NCBI GenBank assembly: GCA_963664225.1
Contig: OY760937.1
Span: forward strand, 2,048,001 to 2,112,000
Reading direction: 5' to 3'
DNA from: Verrucomicrobiia bacterium
GTDB lineage: Bacteria; Verrucomicrobiota; Verrucomicrobiia; Limisphaerales; UBA1319
DNA: 64,000 nucleotides
In this document: one piece after another, positions 8,521-17,457 of the stretch
Layout of the letters: each line of letters begins with the position of its first letter
Numbering within the stretch: the first letter of the stretch is position 1
Made by a program: the position numbers and the translations under genes
The notes under the pieces: generated by a model
The model's input: only the letters and a program-made list of their open reading frames with translations
Databases searched by the model: none
What the model was told of the DNA's origin: nothing

Positions 8521-11397
8521 ATGAAAGTATTAGCTTTATTTAAATCGTTTTTAAGACTCAGGGTCTTATTAGTTTCTTTTTTGTTTTTGACGGTCGCCGG
8601 TTCCGCCCACGCCGCCAAAAGCATCACGCTGGCCTGGGACCCGAGCACGGATTCAAAAGTGACCGGGTATAATATTTATTACGGACCGGCTTGCGCCCAG
8701 TACACGAACCATGTCTGGGTCAGCGGCGTGGCCACCACAAACGCCACGATCAACAACCTGCTGGACGGGGTGACTTATTACTTTGCGGCCACTTCCTGCG
8801 GAAGCGCCGGGGATGAGAGCCCTTTTTCCAACGAGGTCAATTACCAGTCGGCTCCTGTGGTCACGCAACCGGTGGCTCCCAGCATCACATGGACCCAACC
8901 GGCGGCCATCGTCTATGGCACCGCGCTAAGCGCGGCACAGCTCAACGCAACAGCCAATGCTCCAGGCACTTTCACTTACAACCCGGCGCTGAATAGCGTT
9001 CTGCCCGCAGGCAATGGCCAGACCTTGACTGCGGTCTTCACGCCAACGGACCCCACGAAATACACGTCGGTCACCACCACGGTATTGCTGAACGTATCCA
9101 AGGCTCCGTTGACGATAACCGCAAACTCCGGCTCCAAGGCATACGGCGCGGCCGTGCCCGCCCTCACGGCGGTGTATTCGGGATTTGTCAATGGCAACAC
9201 AGCGGCCAGCCTGACCACACCGGTCAGCCTCTCCACCACCGCGACAGCCGCAAGCCCGATCGGCACCTATACGATCACCGCGAGCGGCGCAACCAGCCCG
9301 AACTACACCATCACCTTTGTTAATGCTTCATTGAACGTAACCCGGGCTGCTTTGACAATCGCTGCGGACGCCAAGAGCAAATGCTTCGGTGCGGCTCTGC
9401 CTGTTCTTACAGCGACCTACTCCGGATTCGTCAATGGCGACACTGCGGCCAGCCTGACCACACCGGTCAGCCTTTCCACCACCGCGACAGCCGCAAGCCC
9501 GATCGGCACTTACGCAATCACCGCCAGCGGCGCGACCAGCCCGAACTACACCATCGCCTTTGTAAATGGCTCATTGAACGTGACACCGGCGGCGCTGACG
9601 ATTGCGGCGGATGCCAAGAGCAAGACCTACGGCGCGGCTAATCCGGCTTTCACGGCGACCTACTCGGGATTCGTCAATGGCGACACCGCCGCCAGCCTGA
9701 CCACACCGGTCAGCCTTTCCACCACCGCGACAGCCGCAAGCCCGATCGGCACCTATACGATCACCGCGAGCGGCGCGACCAGCCCGAATTACACCATCGC
9801 CTTTGTAAATGGCTCATTGAACGTGACCCCGGCGGCGCTGACGATTGCGGCGGATGCCAAGAGCAAGACCTACGGGGCGGCCCTGCCTGTTCTTACGGCG
9901 ACCTACTCGGGTTTCGTCAATGGCGACACTGCGGCCAGCCTGACCACACCGGTCAGCCTGACGACAACGGCGACTGCGGCCAGCCATGTTGGCTCTTACA
10001 ACATCATTGCGACGGGTGCCGCGAGTCCGAACTACACGATTTCGTTTGCCAACAGCAGCTTGAACGTCACACCGGCAGCCCTGACCATCACCGCCAACTG
10101 CCAATCCCGGCTCGTCAATACGGCCAATCCCGCGTTGACCGCCTCTTATGCCGGATTTGTGAATGGCGAGAGCGCATCCTCCCTGACGACGCCCGTGTCA
10201 CTGACGACCACGGCCACCACCAGCAGCCCGGTCGGCACCTATCCCATTATCGCCAGCGGGGCACAGGACGCCGACTACACCATCACCCTGGTCAACGGCA
10301 CTTTGACTGTGACAGCGACTCCAGTGGCCAGCCTGGTTTCCATTGCGGTCGCACCCAACACCACCTCCTTGTTGGTTGGTCAGACCGCGCAATTCACGGC
10401 CACTGGCACCTATTCGGATGGCGCCTCGAGCAACCTGACCAGCAGAGCCTCGTGGATGACGTCGGCGGGCACGATTGCATCCGTGTCCGGCACCGGTCTG
10501 GCGACAGGCCTGACTGCAGGCAATGCCATCATCTCCGCCACCATGAGCGGGATGTCTTCAAGCGCGACTTTAACGGTCAAATCCAACACACCCAGCGGCT
10601 CGGTCACTTTGACGAGCACTGTTGCGAGGACCATTCCCACAATCGGTCTGGCCAATCCGTATGTCACCACGATCAATGCCTCAGGCCTCGCGGGCGTCCT
10701 TTCCAAGGTCACAGTGACCCTGAATGGTGTGAGCCACACCTGGCCTCACGACATCAATGCGATGCTCGTGGGACCTGCGGGACAAAAAGTCATGCTTATG
10801 CGTCATGCGGGCGGTGGGTATAAGATTAACAATATTGCAATCACCCTGGATGACGATGCCAATGTCAAAATGCCCAATTATAGCGGATTGAAAACCGGCG
10901 TTTATAAGCCGACCAATTATGGAACGATCTATAATTTCGCCTCACCCGCCCCTTCGGCTCCTTACGACACCAAGTTGTCCGTGTTCAACCGGACGAATCC
11001 CAACGGCACATGGTCCCTGTATGTGATGGATGATTCCAGCGGCGATGCAGGATCGATGGCCGGCTGGAGCCTGACCCTGACAACGACCACAACCACACTG
11101 TTGGACATTCCAATGGCGGGACCGGAACCTGAAACACCGGCGGATCTGCTGGCCGTGAAGCCGAACATCACCACGCCCCCTGCCGTATGGATCGAATCCA
11201 TTGGGTTGAACACCGACAAGCAGGCATCGCTGATCTTGAGCGGGTGCCCTGACGCCAACTACACCGTGCAATCCACCACCAACTTTGTGGATTGGTCGGA
11301 AGTTGAATCGGGCATCGTCCCGGTGGGTCAATTCACGGTGACGGATCTGCAATCAGGCCCGAACGCGGGCAAGTTTTACCGGGTCGTCGCTCCTTAA
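8521..11397 (+). CDS. Large secreted adhesin-like protein: FN3 + 5 MBG-type repeats + Ig-like (Big_2) + P-domain-like + C-terminal FYR module
   Basis: Signal peptide ending AHA; ITLAWD...GYNIYYG...YYFAAT (FN3); repeated LTI-A---SK-YG...YSGFVNGD; LVSIAVAP...QFTATGTYSDG (Big_2); NPNGTWSLYV-DD (P-domain-like). Confidence 0.88.
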   Translation: MKVLALFKSFLRLRVLLVSFLFLTVAGSAHAAKSITLAWDPSTDSKVTGYNIYYGPACAQYTNHVWVSGVATTNATINNLLDGVTYYFAATSCGSAGDESPFSNEVNYQSAPVVTQPVAPSITWTQPAAIVYGTALSAAQLNATANAPGTFTYNPALNSVLPAGNGQTLTAVFTPTDPTKYTSVTTTVLLNVSKAPLTITANSGSKAYGAAVPALTAVYSGFVNGNTAASLTTPVSLSTTATAASPIGTYTITASGATSPNYTITFVNASLNVTRAALTIAADAKSKCFGAALPVLTATYSGFVNGDTAASLTTPVSLSTTATAASPIGTYAITASGATSPNYTIAFVNGSLNVTPAALTIAADAKSKTYGAANPAFTATYSGFVNGDTAASLTTPVSLSTTATAASPIGTYTITASGATSPNYTIAFVNGSLNVTPAALTIAADAKSKTYGAALPVLTATYSGFVNGDTAASLTTPVSLTTTATAASHVGSYNIIATGAASPNYTISFANSSLNVTPAALTITANCQSRLVNTANPALTASYAGFVNGESASSLTTPVSLTTTATTSSPVGTYPIIASGAQDADYTITLVNGTLTVTATPVASLVSIAVAPNTTSLLVGQTAQFTATGTYSDGASSNLTSRASWMTSAGTIASVSGTGLATGLTAGNAIISATMSGMSSSATLTVKSNTPSGSVTLTSTVARTIPTIGLANPYVTTINASGLAGVLSKVTVTLNGVSHTWPHDINAMLVGPAGQKVMLMRHAGGGYKINNIAITLDDDANVKMPNYSGLKTGVYKPTNYGTIYNFASPAPSAPYDTKLSVFNRTNPNGTWSLYVMDDSSGDAGSMAGWSLTLTTTTTTLLDIPMAGPEPETPADLLAVKPNITTPPAVWIESIGLNTDKQASLILSGCPDANYTVQSTTNFVDWSEVESGIVPVGQFTVTDLQSGPNAGKFYRVVAP
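9100..10314 (+). repeat. Five tandem 243-bp (81-aa) intragenic repeats
   Basis: Units start at 9100, 9343, 9586, 9829 and 10072; the central units are near-identical at DNA level. Confidence 0.9.
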
Positions 11398-11419
11398 CGA
11401 TACCGGTTGATCAAGCCGC

Positions 11420-11451
11420 GAACGGCCGACCTCCTGTCGGCCGTTCTTTTT
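11420..11451 (+). terminator. Rho-independent terminator
   Basis: GAACGGCCGAC-CTCCT-GTCGGCCGTTC followed by TTTTT. Confidence 0.9.
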
Positions 11452-11543
11452 GTACGTGCGTCAGGCGGAAACGCGGTTCGCGTGGAGAGAGCGGCGGTCG
11501 CGTTCCGAATTGCAATGGACGGGCGGGGCGATACAGTCACCGT

Positions 11544-12965
11544 GTGAGCAGCGAACAATATGATTTAGTGGTGATTGGCGCGGGGCCGGGAGGATATGTT
11601 GCAGCCATTCACGCCGCGCAAAAGGGATTGAAAACGGCGGTGGTCGAATTCCGCGAACCGGGCGGCGTGTGTCTGCATGCGGGTTGCATTCCCACCAAGG
11701 CCATGATCGCCAGCGCGGATCTTCTGCGTCAGGCGCGTGCGGCGACCCAAATGGGCATCGAAATCCCCACCGCAACGGCGGCACTCGCGCCCATTGCCGC
11801 GCGCAGGGACAAAATCGTGCGCCAGCTTGCGCAGGGCGTTCGTTTTCTGCTGCAAAAGAACGGTGTGGAACTCATCGCGGGGCGCGGTGTTCTCACATCG
11901 GCCAAAATGATTGAAATTCGCGACAACGCCGACCAGGTGTTGCGCGTGATTGACCAGCCTCGCGGCATACTTCTGGCGACGGGATCGCATCCGGCTGAAT
12001 TGCCGGGGCTGACCGTGGATCACCAGACCGTTCTCAATAGTAACGATATTCTCATGCTGACGGAAACGCCCGCGGAACTGTTGATCCTGGGCGGAGGCTA
12101 CATCGGCTGTGAATTTGCCTCCCTCTTTGCCGCGCTGGGCTCGAAGGTCACGGTGATCGAGGCGATGCCGAATCTGCTCCCGGGGATGGACACCGAACTG
12201 GGTCAGACCCTGGAGCGGTCGTTTAAGAAAGCGGGCATTCAATTGCGGTTGAACACGCGGGTTCAAGCAATCGAGACAACGGGGGGCGTCCAGGCAACCC
12301 TGAGCGATGGCCAGGTGTTGACGGGCACGAAGATGCTCGTTTCGGTCGGACGCGCGGCGAACGTTGCGGGTCTGGGTCTGGAAAATGCCGGGGTGACGCA
12401 TACCACCCGCGGCATCGATGTGGACGGTTTCATGCGGACCAACGTGCCGGGCATTTTCGCCATCGGCGACGTGACCGGGAAGATGGCGCTGGCGCATGTG
12501 GCGAGCGCCCAAGGCAAACTGGTCGTGGAATGCCTGGCGGCCACATTGGCCGGAACGCCCGCGCCGACGCGCGCCATGGACTACGATTCCATCCCGGCCT
12601 GCGTCTTCACGCATCCGGAAATCGCCGCGGTGGGACTGACCGAGGCGGAGGCAACGAAACGCGGCGTGCGCGTTCGCGTGGGAAAATTCCCGTTCATGGC
12701 GGCGGGCAAGGCCATGGCGGCGGGCGCGACGGACGGTTTTGTGAAGCTTATCGCCAACGAGGAAAATGGACGGCTGATCGGCGGGCACATCATTGGCGCG
12801 CATGCCTCCGAATTGATCGCGACCGTGGCGCTGGGCGTGCGGTGCGGACTGACGGTTGCGCAGGTCACGGAAACGGTGTTTGCGCATCCGACGCTGGGCG
12901 AAGCCGTGCTGGAAGCCGCGGAAGGTATTTTTGGCAAATCCACCCACATTGTCGCGAGCCGATGA
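11544..12965 (+). CDS. lpdA: Dihydrolipoyl dehydrogenase
   Basis: GAGPGG, GGVCLHAGCIPTK redox disulfide, FAIGD, HPTLGE. Confidence 0.95.
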   Translation: MSSEQYDLVVIGAGPGGYVAAIHAAQKGLKTAVVEFREPGGVCLHAGCIPTKAMIASADLLRQARAATQMGIEIPTATAALAPIAARRDKIVRQLAQGVRFLLQKNGVELIAGRGVLTSAKMIEIRDNADQVLRVIDQPRGILLATGSHPAELPGLTVDHQTVLNSNDILMLTETPAELLILGGGYIGCEFASLFAALGSKVTVIEAMPNLLPGMDTELGQTLERSFKKAGIQLRLNTRVQAIETTGGVQATLSDGQVLTGTKMLVSVGRAANVAGLGLENAGVTHTTRGIDVDGFMRTNVPGIFAIGDVTGKMALAHVASAQGKLVVECLAATLAGTPAPTRAMDYDSIPACVFTHPEIAAVGLTEAEATKRGVRVRVGKFPFMAAGKAMAAGATDGFVKLIANEENGRLIGGHIIGAHASELIATVALGVRCGLTVAQVTETVFAHPTLGEAVLEAAEGIFGKSTHIVASR

Positions 12966-13495
12966 AGAACATCGTTTATTTCGATCTTGAAACGCAAAAG
13001 TCGGCCCAGGAAGTGGGCGGCTGGGACAAAATCCGCGATCTGAAAATGAGCGTGGGCGTGACCTTCAGCACGGCCCGCAACGCCTACAAGATCTACGATG
13101 AAAAACACATCAACGATCTGATCACGGAACTGCAGCGGGCCGATCTGGTGGTGGGTTTCAACAATCTGCGGTTCGATTACGAGGTGCTGCACGGTTACAC
13201 GGTCTATGACCTGACCCAATTGCCGACCCTGGACATGCTGGTGGAGATTCACAAAATCCTGAATCATCGGGTGGCCCTCGACGACATTGCCTCCGCCACT
13301 TTTGGCGTGAATAAAACGGCAGAGGGTTTGCAGGCCATCCAATGGTACCGGCAGGGGAAACTGGCTGAAATTGCGGAATACTGCTGTTTCGACGTGAAGA
13401 TCACAAAAATGGTCCACGAGTATGGCGTGACTCACAAACAGCTTTTCTACAACAACCGCTTCGGTGCCAAGCAAACCATGACGGTGAATTGGTAG
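12962..13495 (+). CDS. RNase H-like (YprB/RNase_H_2-type, DEDD) domain protein
   Basis: YFDLETQK, VVGFNNLRFDY, YCCFDV. ATGA overlap with the lpdA stop fixes the start at 12962. Confidence 0.85.
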   Translation: MKNIVYFDLETQKSAQEVGGWDKIRDLKMSVGVTFSTARNAYKIYDEKHINDLITELQRADLVVGFNNLRFDYEVLHGYTVYDLTQLPTLDMLVEIHKILNHRVALDDIASATFGVNKTAEGLQAIQWYRQGKLAEIAEYCCFDVKITKMVHEYGVTHKQLFYNNRFGAKQTMTVNW

Positions 13496-13533
13496 GGTCC
13501 TAGCCGGACTGGCGGGATGCGGTGATTGGCAAT

Positions 13534-13582
13534 ATCGGGCGGGGACGCCCGATGAACCCGCAGACGCGGAGGTCTGCGATAC
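13534..13582. repeat. REP-like double hairpin between convergent genes
   Basis: ATCGGGCG/CGCCCGAT and CGCAGAC/GTCTGCG hairpins; same architecture as 4840-4885. Confidence 0.65.
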
Positions 13583-13617
13583 ATGGAAAAGGGGTTGCGA
13601 TCTCTGGCCGCTCCAGC

Positions 13618-14844
13618 TCAAACCGGGGTTGGCCGGGGAGCGAGGACGGACTGGATGGCTCCTTTTTGGAAGGCGTCCCACATGGGCGACATTTCGCGGA
13701 GGACGGAGACGATTTTGGGAAAGGTCTCGATCATGTAATCGATTTCCTCGTCGGTGTTGTCCTTGCCGAGGGATAAAATCAGATTGCCCTGGGCCAGGGC
13801 GTGGTCCAGGCCAATGGCTGCGAGGACGTGGGATATTTTCAGGGATTTGCTCACGCAGCTCGATCCGCTGGCGACGGAGATGCCGTTGAAGTCGCATCGG
13901 AGCAACTGGCCTTCCCCCTCAATGAATTCGGTGCTGATGTTCAGGTTGGTCGGGAGGCGGCCGGGTCCCGGATCGGGACCGCTCAGGCGCAGGTATGGGA
14001 CGTTCTGGCGAAGGCCTTCCCAAAGCTTCTTTTGCAGGCGCGCGACATGCGCCGCTCGCGCTGGCAATTCCCGGGCCGCGATCTCGCAGGCCAATCCCGC
14101 GCCGACAATGGCCGCAACGTTTTCGGTTCCCGCACGCCGTCCGTTCTCCTGGACGCCACCGTGCTGGATTCCGAGCAGGCGGGCGCGGCGGCTGCGATAC
14201 AAAATTCCGACGCCCTTGGGGCCGTAGAAACGGTGGGGCGAGAGCGAGAGCAGGTTCGCGCCCATGGCCTGGACATCGATGGGCAGCCATCCACCACTGG
14301 CCACGGCATCGACAAAGAGAGGAATCCCTTTTTCAGCGGCGATCCTCCCGATCTCGGCAATCGGTTCCACGGTGCCAATGTCGTGATTGGCATGGTGCAC
14401 GCAGATTAAAATGGTTTTGTCCGTGAGGGCGGCGCGCACGGCTTCAGGATCGACAAAACCCTGGGAATCCACGGGAATCCGCGTGCAGGTGAAGCCCTGT
14501 TTTTCGAGAAACTCGACGGAGTTGAGGACGGAAGGATGCTCGATCTGGGTGACGACGATGTGGTTGCCACGGCGCTGATTGGCATAGGCCACGCCCTTGA
14601 TGGCAAGGTTCGCGGACTCGGTTCCGCACGATGTGAAGATGATGTCGTCCGGCATTTCCGCATGGATGGCGGTGGCAACCTGCTGCCGCGCCTTTGCAAG
14701 CGCTTCGCGCGCCATCAGACCGCGCTGGTGCAGCGAAGAGGGATTGCCGAAATCGGCCATGAAAAACGGGCGCATGGCCTCGAAAACCTCCGGTAAAACC
14801 GGGGTCCCAGCCTGATAATCCAAATAAGCAGAACGCACGGGCAT
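13618..14844 (-). CDS. iscS: Cysteine desulfurase (IscS/NifS family)
   Basis: AYLD, GNPSSLH, FTSCGTES, RAGTEN, SGSSC catalytic Cys. The usual PLP-lysine motif HK reads SPHRFYGPKG here. Confidence 0.9.
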   Translation of the reverse strand: MPVRSAYLDYQAGTPVLPEVFEAMRPFFMADFGNPSSLHQRGLMAREALAKARQQVATAIHAEMPDDIIFTSCGTESANLAIKGVAYANQRRGNHIVVTQIEHPSVLNSVEFLEKQGFTCTRIPVDSQGFVDPEAVRAALTDKTILICVHHANHDIGTVEPIAEIGRIAAEKGIPLFVDAVASGGWLPIDVQAMGANLLSLSPHRFYGPKGVGILYRSRRARLLGIQHGGVQENGRRAGTENVAAIVGAGLACEIAARELPARAAHVARLQKKLWEGLRQNVPYLRLSGPDPGPGRLPTNLNISTEFIEGEGQLLRCDFNGISVASGSSCVSKSLKISHVLAAIGLDHALAQGNLILSLGKDNTDEEIDYMIETFPKIVSVLREMSPMWDAFQKGAIQSVLAPRPTPV

Positions 14845-14907
14845 AAAAATAATTGGAGCGAAACCCCTCGAAAAACAACCGGCCTCTGAATGCAGCGATC
14901 CTGCGGA

Positions 14908-15321
14908 TCAGGCCTTGCCAGCCTGGGGCGCTTTCTCGGGATGACGCTTCAGATAGTCCTCAAGCGCGGCCTTGATGGCCTCTTCCGCGAGCACGGAGCA
15001 ATGAATCTTGACCGGGGGCAAACCGCCCAGGGCATCGACGACTTCCTGGTTCTTGAATTGCAGGGCTTCCTCGATGGTGCGGCCCTTGATCAATTCGGTG
15101 GCCATGCTGGAACTGGCGATTGCGGAACCACATCCGAAGGCCTTGAAACGGGCCTGCTCGATGCGGCCGTCCTTGATTTTCAGGGAAATCTTCATGATAT
15201 CCCCGCAGGCGGCCGCGCCCACTTCACCCACGCCATCGGCATCTTCCATGTCCCCCACATTCTTGGGGTTCATGAAATGGTCCATCACGGTGGAATTATA
15301 CAAACTATGACTGTCGCTCAT
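14908..15321 (-). CDS. iscU: Fe-S cluster scaffold IscU/NifU-N
   Basis: DHFMNPKNVG, ACGD, FGCGSAIASSS, LPPVKIHCSVLA. Confidence 0.95.
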   Translation of the reverse strand: MSDSHSLYNSTVMDHFMNPKNVGDMEDADGVGEVGAAACGDIMKISLKIKDGRIEQARFKAFGCGSAIASSSMATELIKGRTIEEALQFKNQEVVDALGGLPPVKIHCSVLAEEAIKAALEDYLKRHPEKAPQAGKA

Positions 15322-15347
15322 AAACGGTTTTGCGCCCTATCGCATTG

Positions 15348-15375
15348 AATCTAGCGTAGGAGATTTGCGTGTCAA
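15348..15375 (-). promoter_or_regulatory. Putative sigma70 promoter of iscU-iscS
   Basis: TTGACA-N16-TAGATT on the minus strand, 27 nt upstream of the ATG. Confidence 0.55.
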
Positions 15376-15461
15376 CGTCGGGGTGCTCATGGGAACGGGA
15401 GCGAAAGTGTTTCTTTTGAACGGGCGAAAGGCCGCCACGGCGAGACCACAGAATTGATTTA

Positions 15462-17436
15462 GTAGAGTAGGCGAAATGGACGGATTGAATGGCCGTGGCC
15501 AATGACCGTCGCATTTCGCCCCTCATCGAACCGGACAGGCGGTTTTCCCGCATCCGGCTCTCCGGGGATCATACGTTGCATCGCTTCGACGTCATCGTTT
15601 CCATGCCGCATATTCCGGCATTTGGTATAAACCATAACGCTCATAGAGATCCTCCTTGGGGTATGTGGACCATTGCGCCCGACTACATCCGTGTTTGCGC
15701 CACAACCATCGTTGTAACTTGCTGCTGACGTATTCGTTCATCTGGCCCATCACCTTGGTGCTGTTCCCGTAGTGAAAGTAACCCTTCCAACCTTTGAGTT
15801 TCTTGTTGAGCTCGGGAATCACCTCTCCGATATCACGCCATAGCGTGCTTCGGTTGAGTTTCTCCCGAATCCCGTCTCGAAACTTCTTCTGGCTCTTGGG
15901 ATGGGGTTCCACATGCGGATATTTCCATTTCCCCTTCCCCTGTCGCATTGTTAGCGCGAATCCCAAGAATTTGATGCCATCCTGGCGGAGGTCCACCAAG
16001 CGGGTCTTCTTCTCGTTGAGCACTAACTCGCGTTGCTTCAGCCATCGTTCCAGTCGTTCCATCAGTTCCCGTCCCTGCCCCGGCTGTCCGAGTATCACGA
16101 AATCATCCGCGTATCTCACCATCACGGGTTTGAGTTCGCAGCGTTCGTTGACTTCCCAATCCAACTGGTTGAGGTATGCATTGGCTAAAATCGGCGATAC
16201 AACCCCGCCTTGCGGAGTCCCCCGTCGATTCTGACCTTGCCCCCCCTTTGTCCCGCCTTTCCCTGTGTCGCTTTGCGGTTCATTCACGGGCGCGCGCAGC
16301 CATCCTGCGATCAGCTTGAGAATTGTTCCATCGCTGACCCGCTTGGCCACTATGCGCAACAAACGCCTGTGGGGAATGCTGTCAAAATACCCGCTTAAGT
16401 CCGCGTCTATAACTTCGACGCGTCCTGTCAGCGTAGCCTTCTTGATCGCCTCCATTGCTTGGTGGGCATTGCGTTTGGGATGATAGGCGTAACTGTTCGG
16501 ATGACTATCGGCTTCCAGAATCGGCAGCAATACAATCACCACCGCTGTCTGCACCACCCGGTCTTTCACTGTCGGGATGCCCAGGGGTCGCAGCTTCCCG
16601 TCTCCTTTTGGTATATACACACGCTTCACCGGGCTTGGCCGATACTTCTTCGTGCGTAACTCCTCCAGCAGTTGGTTCCGCCATTGGTCCCAGGCTTCGT
16701 CGCTGGCAAGATAGACGTCGCATGTCTGCCCGTCGATCCCAGCCGCGCCATTGTTGTGCGCCACGGAGGCCATTGCCGTTTCCAGCACGTCCTTCCGCAG
16801 CAGTTCTCCGTAGAGGCTGTAAAACCGATACTTCGGCTCAGCCTTGGCTTTGCAATATAGCGCTCGCTGCAGCTTTTGAACTTTTATCGGGGTTGTTATC
16901 CGTTGAAAAAGTGTTTCCACTCCCTCAAGGCCATCTCCCTGTCCCTCGCTGTTTTGATTCGCTTCGATCCAAGTGCCTTCCCTTGGCTCCGCCGGGGTTT
17001 TGGTCGCCCCAGCTTCTTCGCTACTATGGAAGACTCCGACTTCTCTGGCTGCCCGTGCGGCCTCGGAGGGTGTTCCTCCTTGCACCGGCGGTTGAGGCTT
17101 TATCGCCCCGCCTCCAGAGATCTCCCAGCTTACCTTGGTTTCCCTTCCTGTCGTGTCGCCCTCGCTGACTCCGCCGGAATCAACAGCGCCCATTTGACGA
17201 TTTGATGACGCCGCGTTTCTGCCTTCGCCGTTCGGGTAGCGGCTCGGCTTACCGGTTATTTCGGTTTCGGAGCTCATTTGATGAGGTTTACTTTCGTTAC
17301 GACCCGACAGTTCTTTCAGCGTCCCGCTTGTGGTTCGGCCTCACGGCCTCGTCCCGGACGCTGCATTTCGGTCGTGAACCGTCTAATTCGACCGGCGGGA
17401 CTTTCACCCACGAGGCTACCAATTTCACTGGCGCAC
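15462..17436 (-). mobile_element. Group II intron, copy 1 (1,975 nt)
   Basis: 5' GTGCG at 17436. Domain V GAGCCGGATGCGGGAAAACCGCCTGTCCGGTTC (15528-15560). Domain VI with bulged A ending CCTACTCTAC. Boundaries agree with flank divergence from copy 2. Confidence 0.96.
15592..16920 (-). CDS. ltrA: Group II intron reverse transcriptase/maturase, no endonuclease domain (start uncertain)
   Basis: YIPK...RPLGIPTVKDR, DADLSGYFDSIPH, GTPQGGVVSPILANAYL, RYADDF, FLGF, X domain GWKGYF. No C-terminal HNH. The longer frame to 17277 overlaps ribozyme domain I. Confidence 0.93.
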   Translation of the reverse strand: METLFQRITTPIKVQKLQRALYCKAKAEPKYRFYSLYGELLRKDVLETAMASVAHNNGAAGIDGQTCDVYLASDEAWDQWRNQLLEELRTKKYRPSPVKRVYIPKGDGKLRPLGIPTVKDRVVQTAVVIVLLPILEADSHPNSYAYHPKRNAHQAMEAIKKATLTGRVEVIDADLSGYFDSIPHRRLLRIVAKRVSDGTILKLIAGWLRAPVNEPQSDTGKGGTKGGQGQNRRGTPQGGVVSPILANAYLNQLDWEVNERCELKPVMVRYADDFVILGQPGQGRELMERLERWLKQRELVLNEKKTRLVDLRQDGIKFLGFALTMRQGKGKWKYPHVEPHPKSQKKFRDGIREKLNRSTLWRDIGEVIPELNKKLKGWKGYFHYGNSTKVMGQMNEYVSSKLQRWLWRKHGCSRAQWSTYPKEDLYERYGLYQMPEYAAWKR

Positions 17437-17457
17437 ACCCGAAATCCGATGAAAGGA

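Noticed and set aside
11565..12947. Long antisense ORFs (also 12581-13897, 31006-33432, 36941-38080, 39600-41482, 43815-44879)
   Set aside because: Shadows of well-supported genes in GC-rich DNA, with no recognisable motifs.
12530..12961. N-terminal extension of the RNase H-like ORF
   Set aside because: Lies inside lpdA in another frame; the ATGA overlap gives a better start at 12962.
16921..17277. 119-aa N-terminal extension of the RT ORF in the ORF track (also 56730-57086)
   Set aside because: It overlaps ribozyme domain I including the EBS1 loop, and RT-like sequence begins near TPIKVQKLQ. It is probably untranslated open frame; the true start is uncertain.
15592..17277. RT as retron, DGR, CRISPR-RT or defence RT
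   Set aside because: Canonical GTGCG 5' end, domains V/VI, YADD and maturase X domain identify a group II intron. No TR/VR pair, msr-msd or cas genes are seen.
15462..17436. Class IIC (terminator/attC-targeting) assignment
   Set aside because: Domain V has an AGC triad and 33 nt, and 13 nt of exon are conserved with a plausible EBS2, unlike the short IBS1 and CGC triad of IIC.
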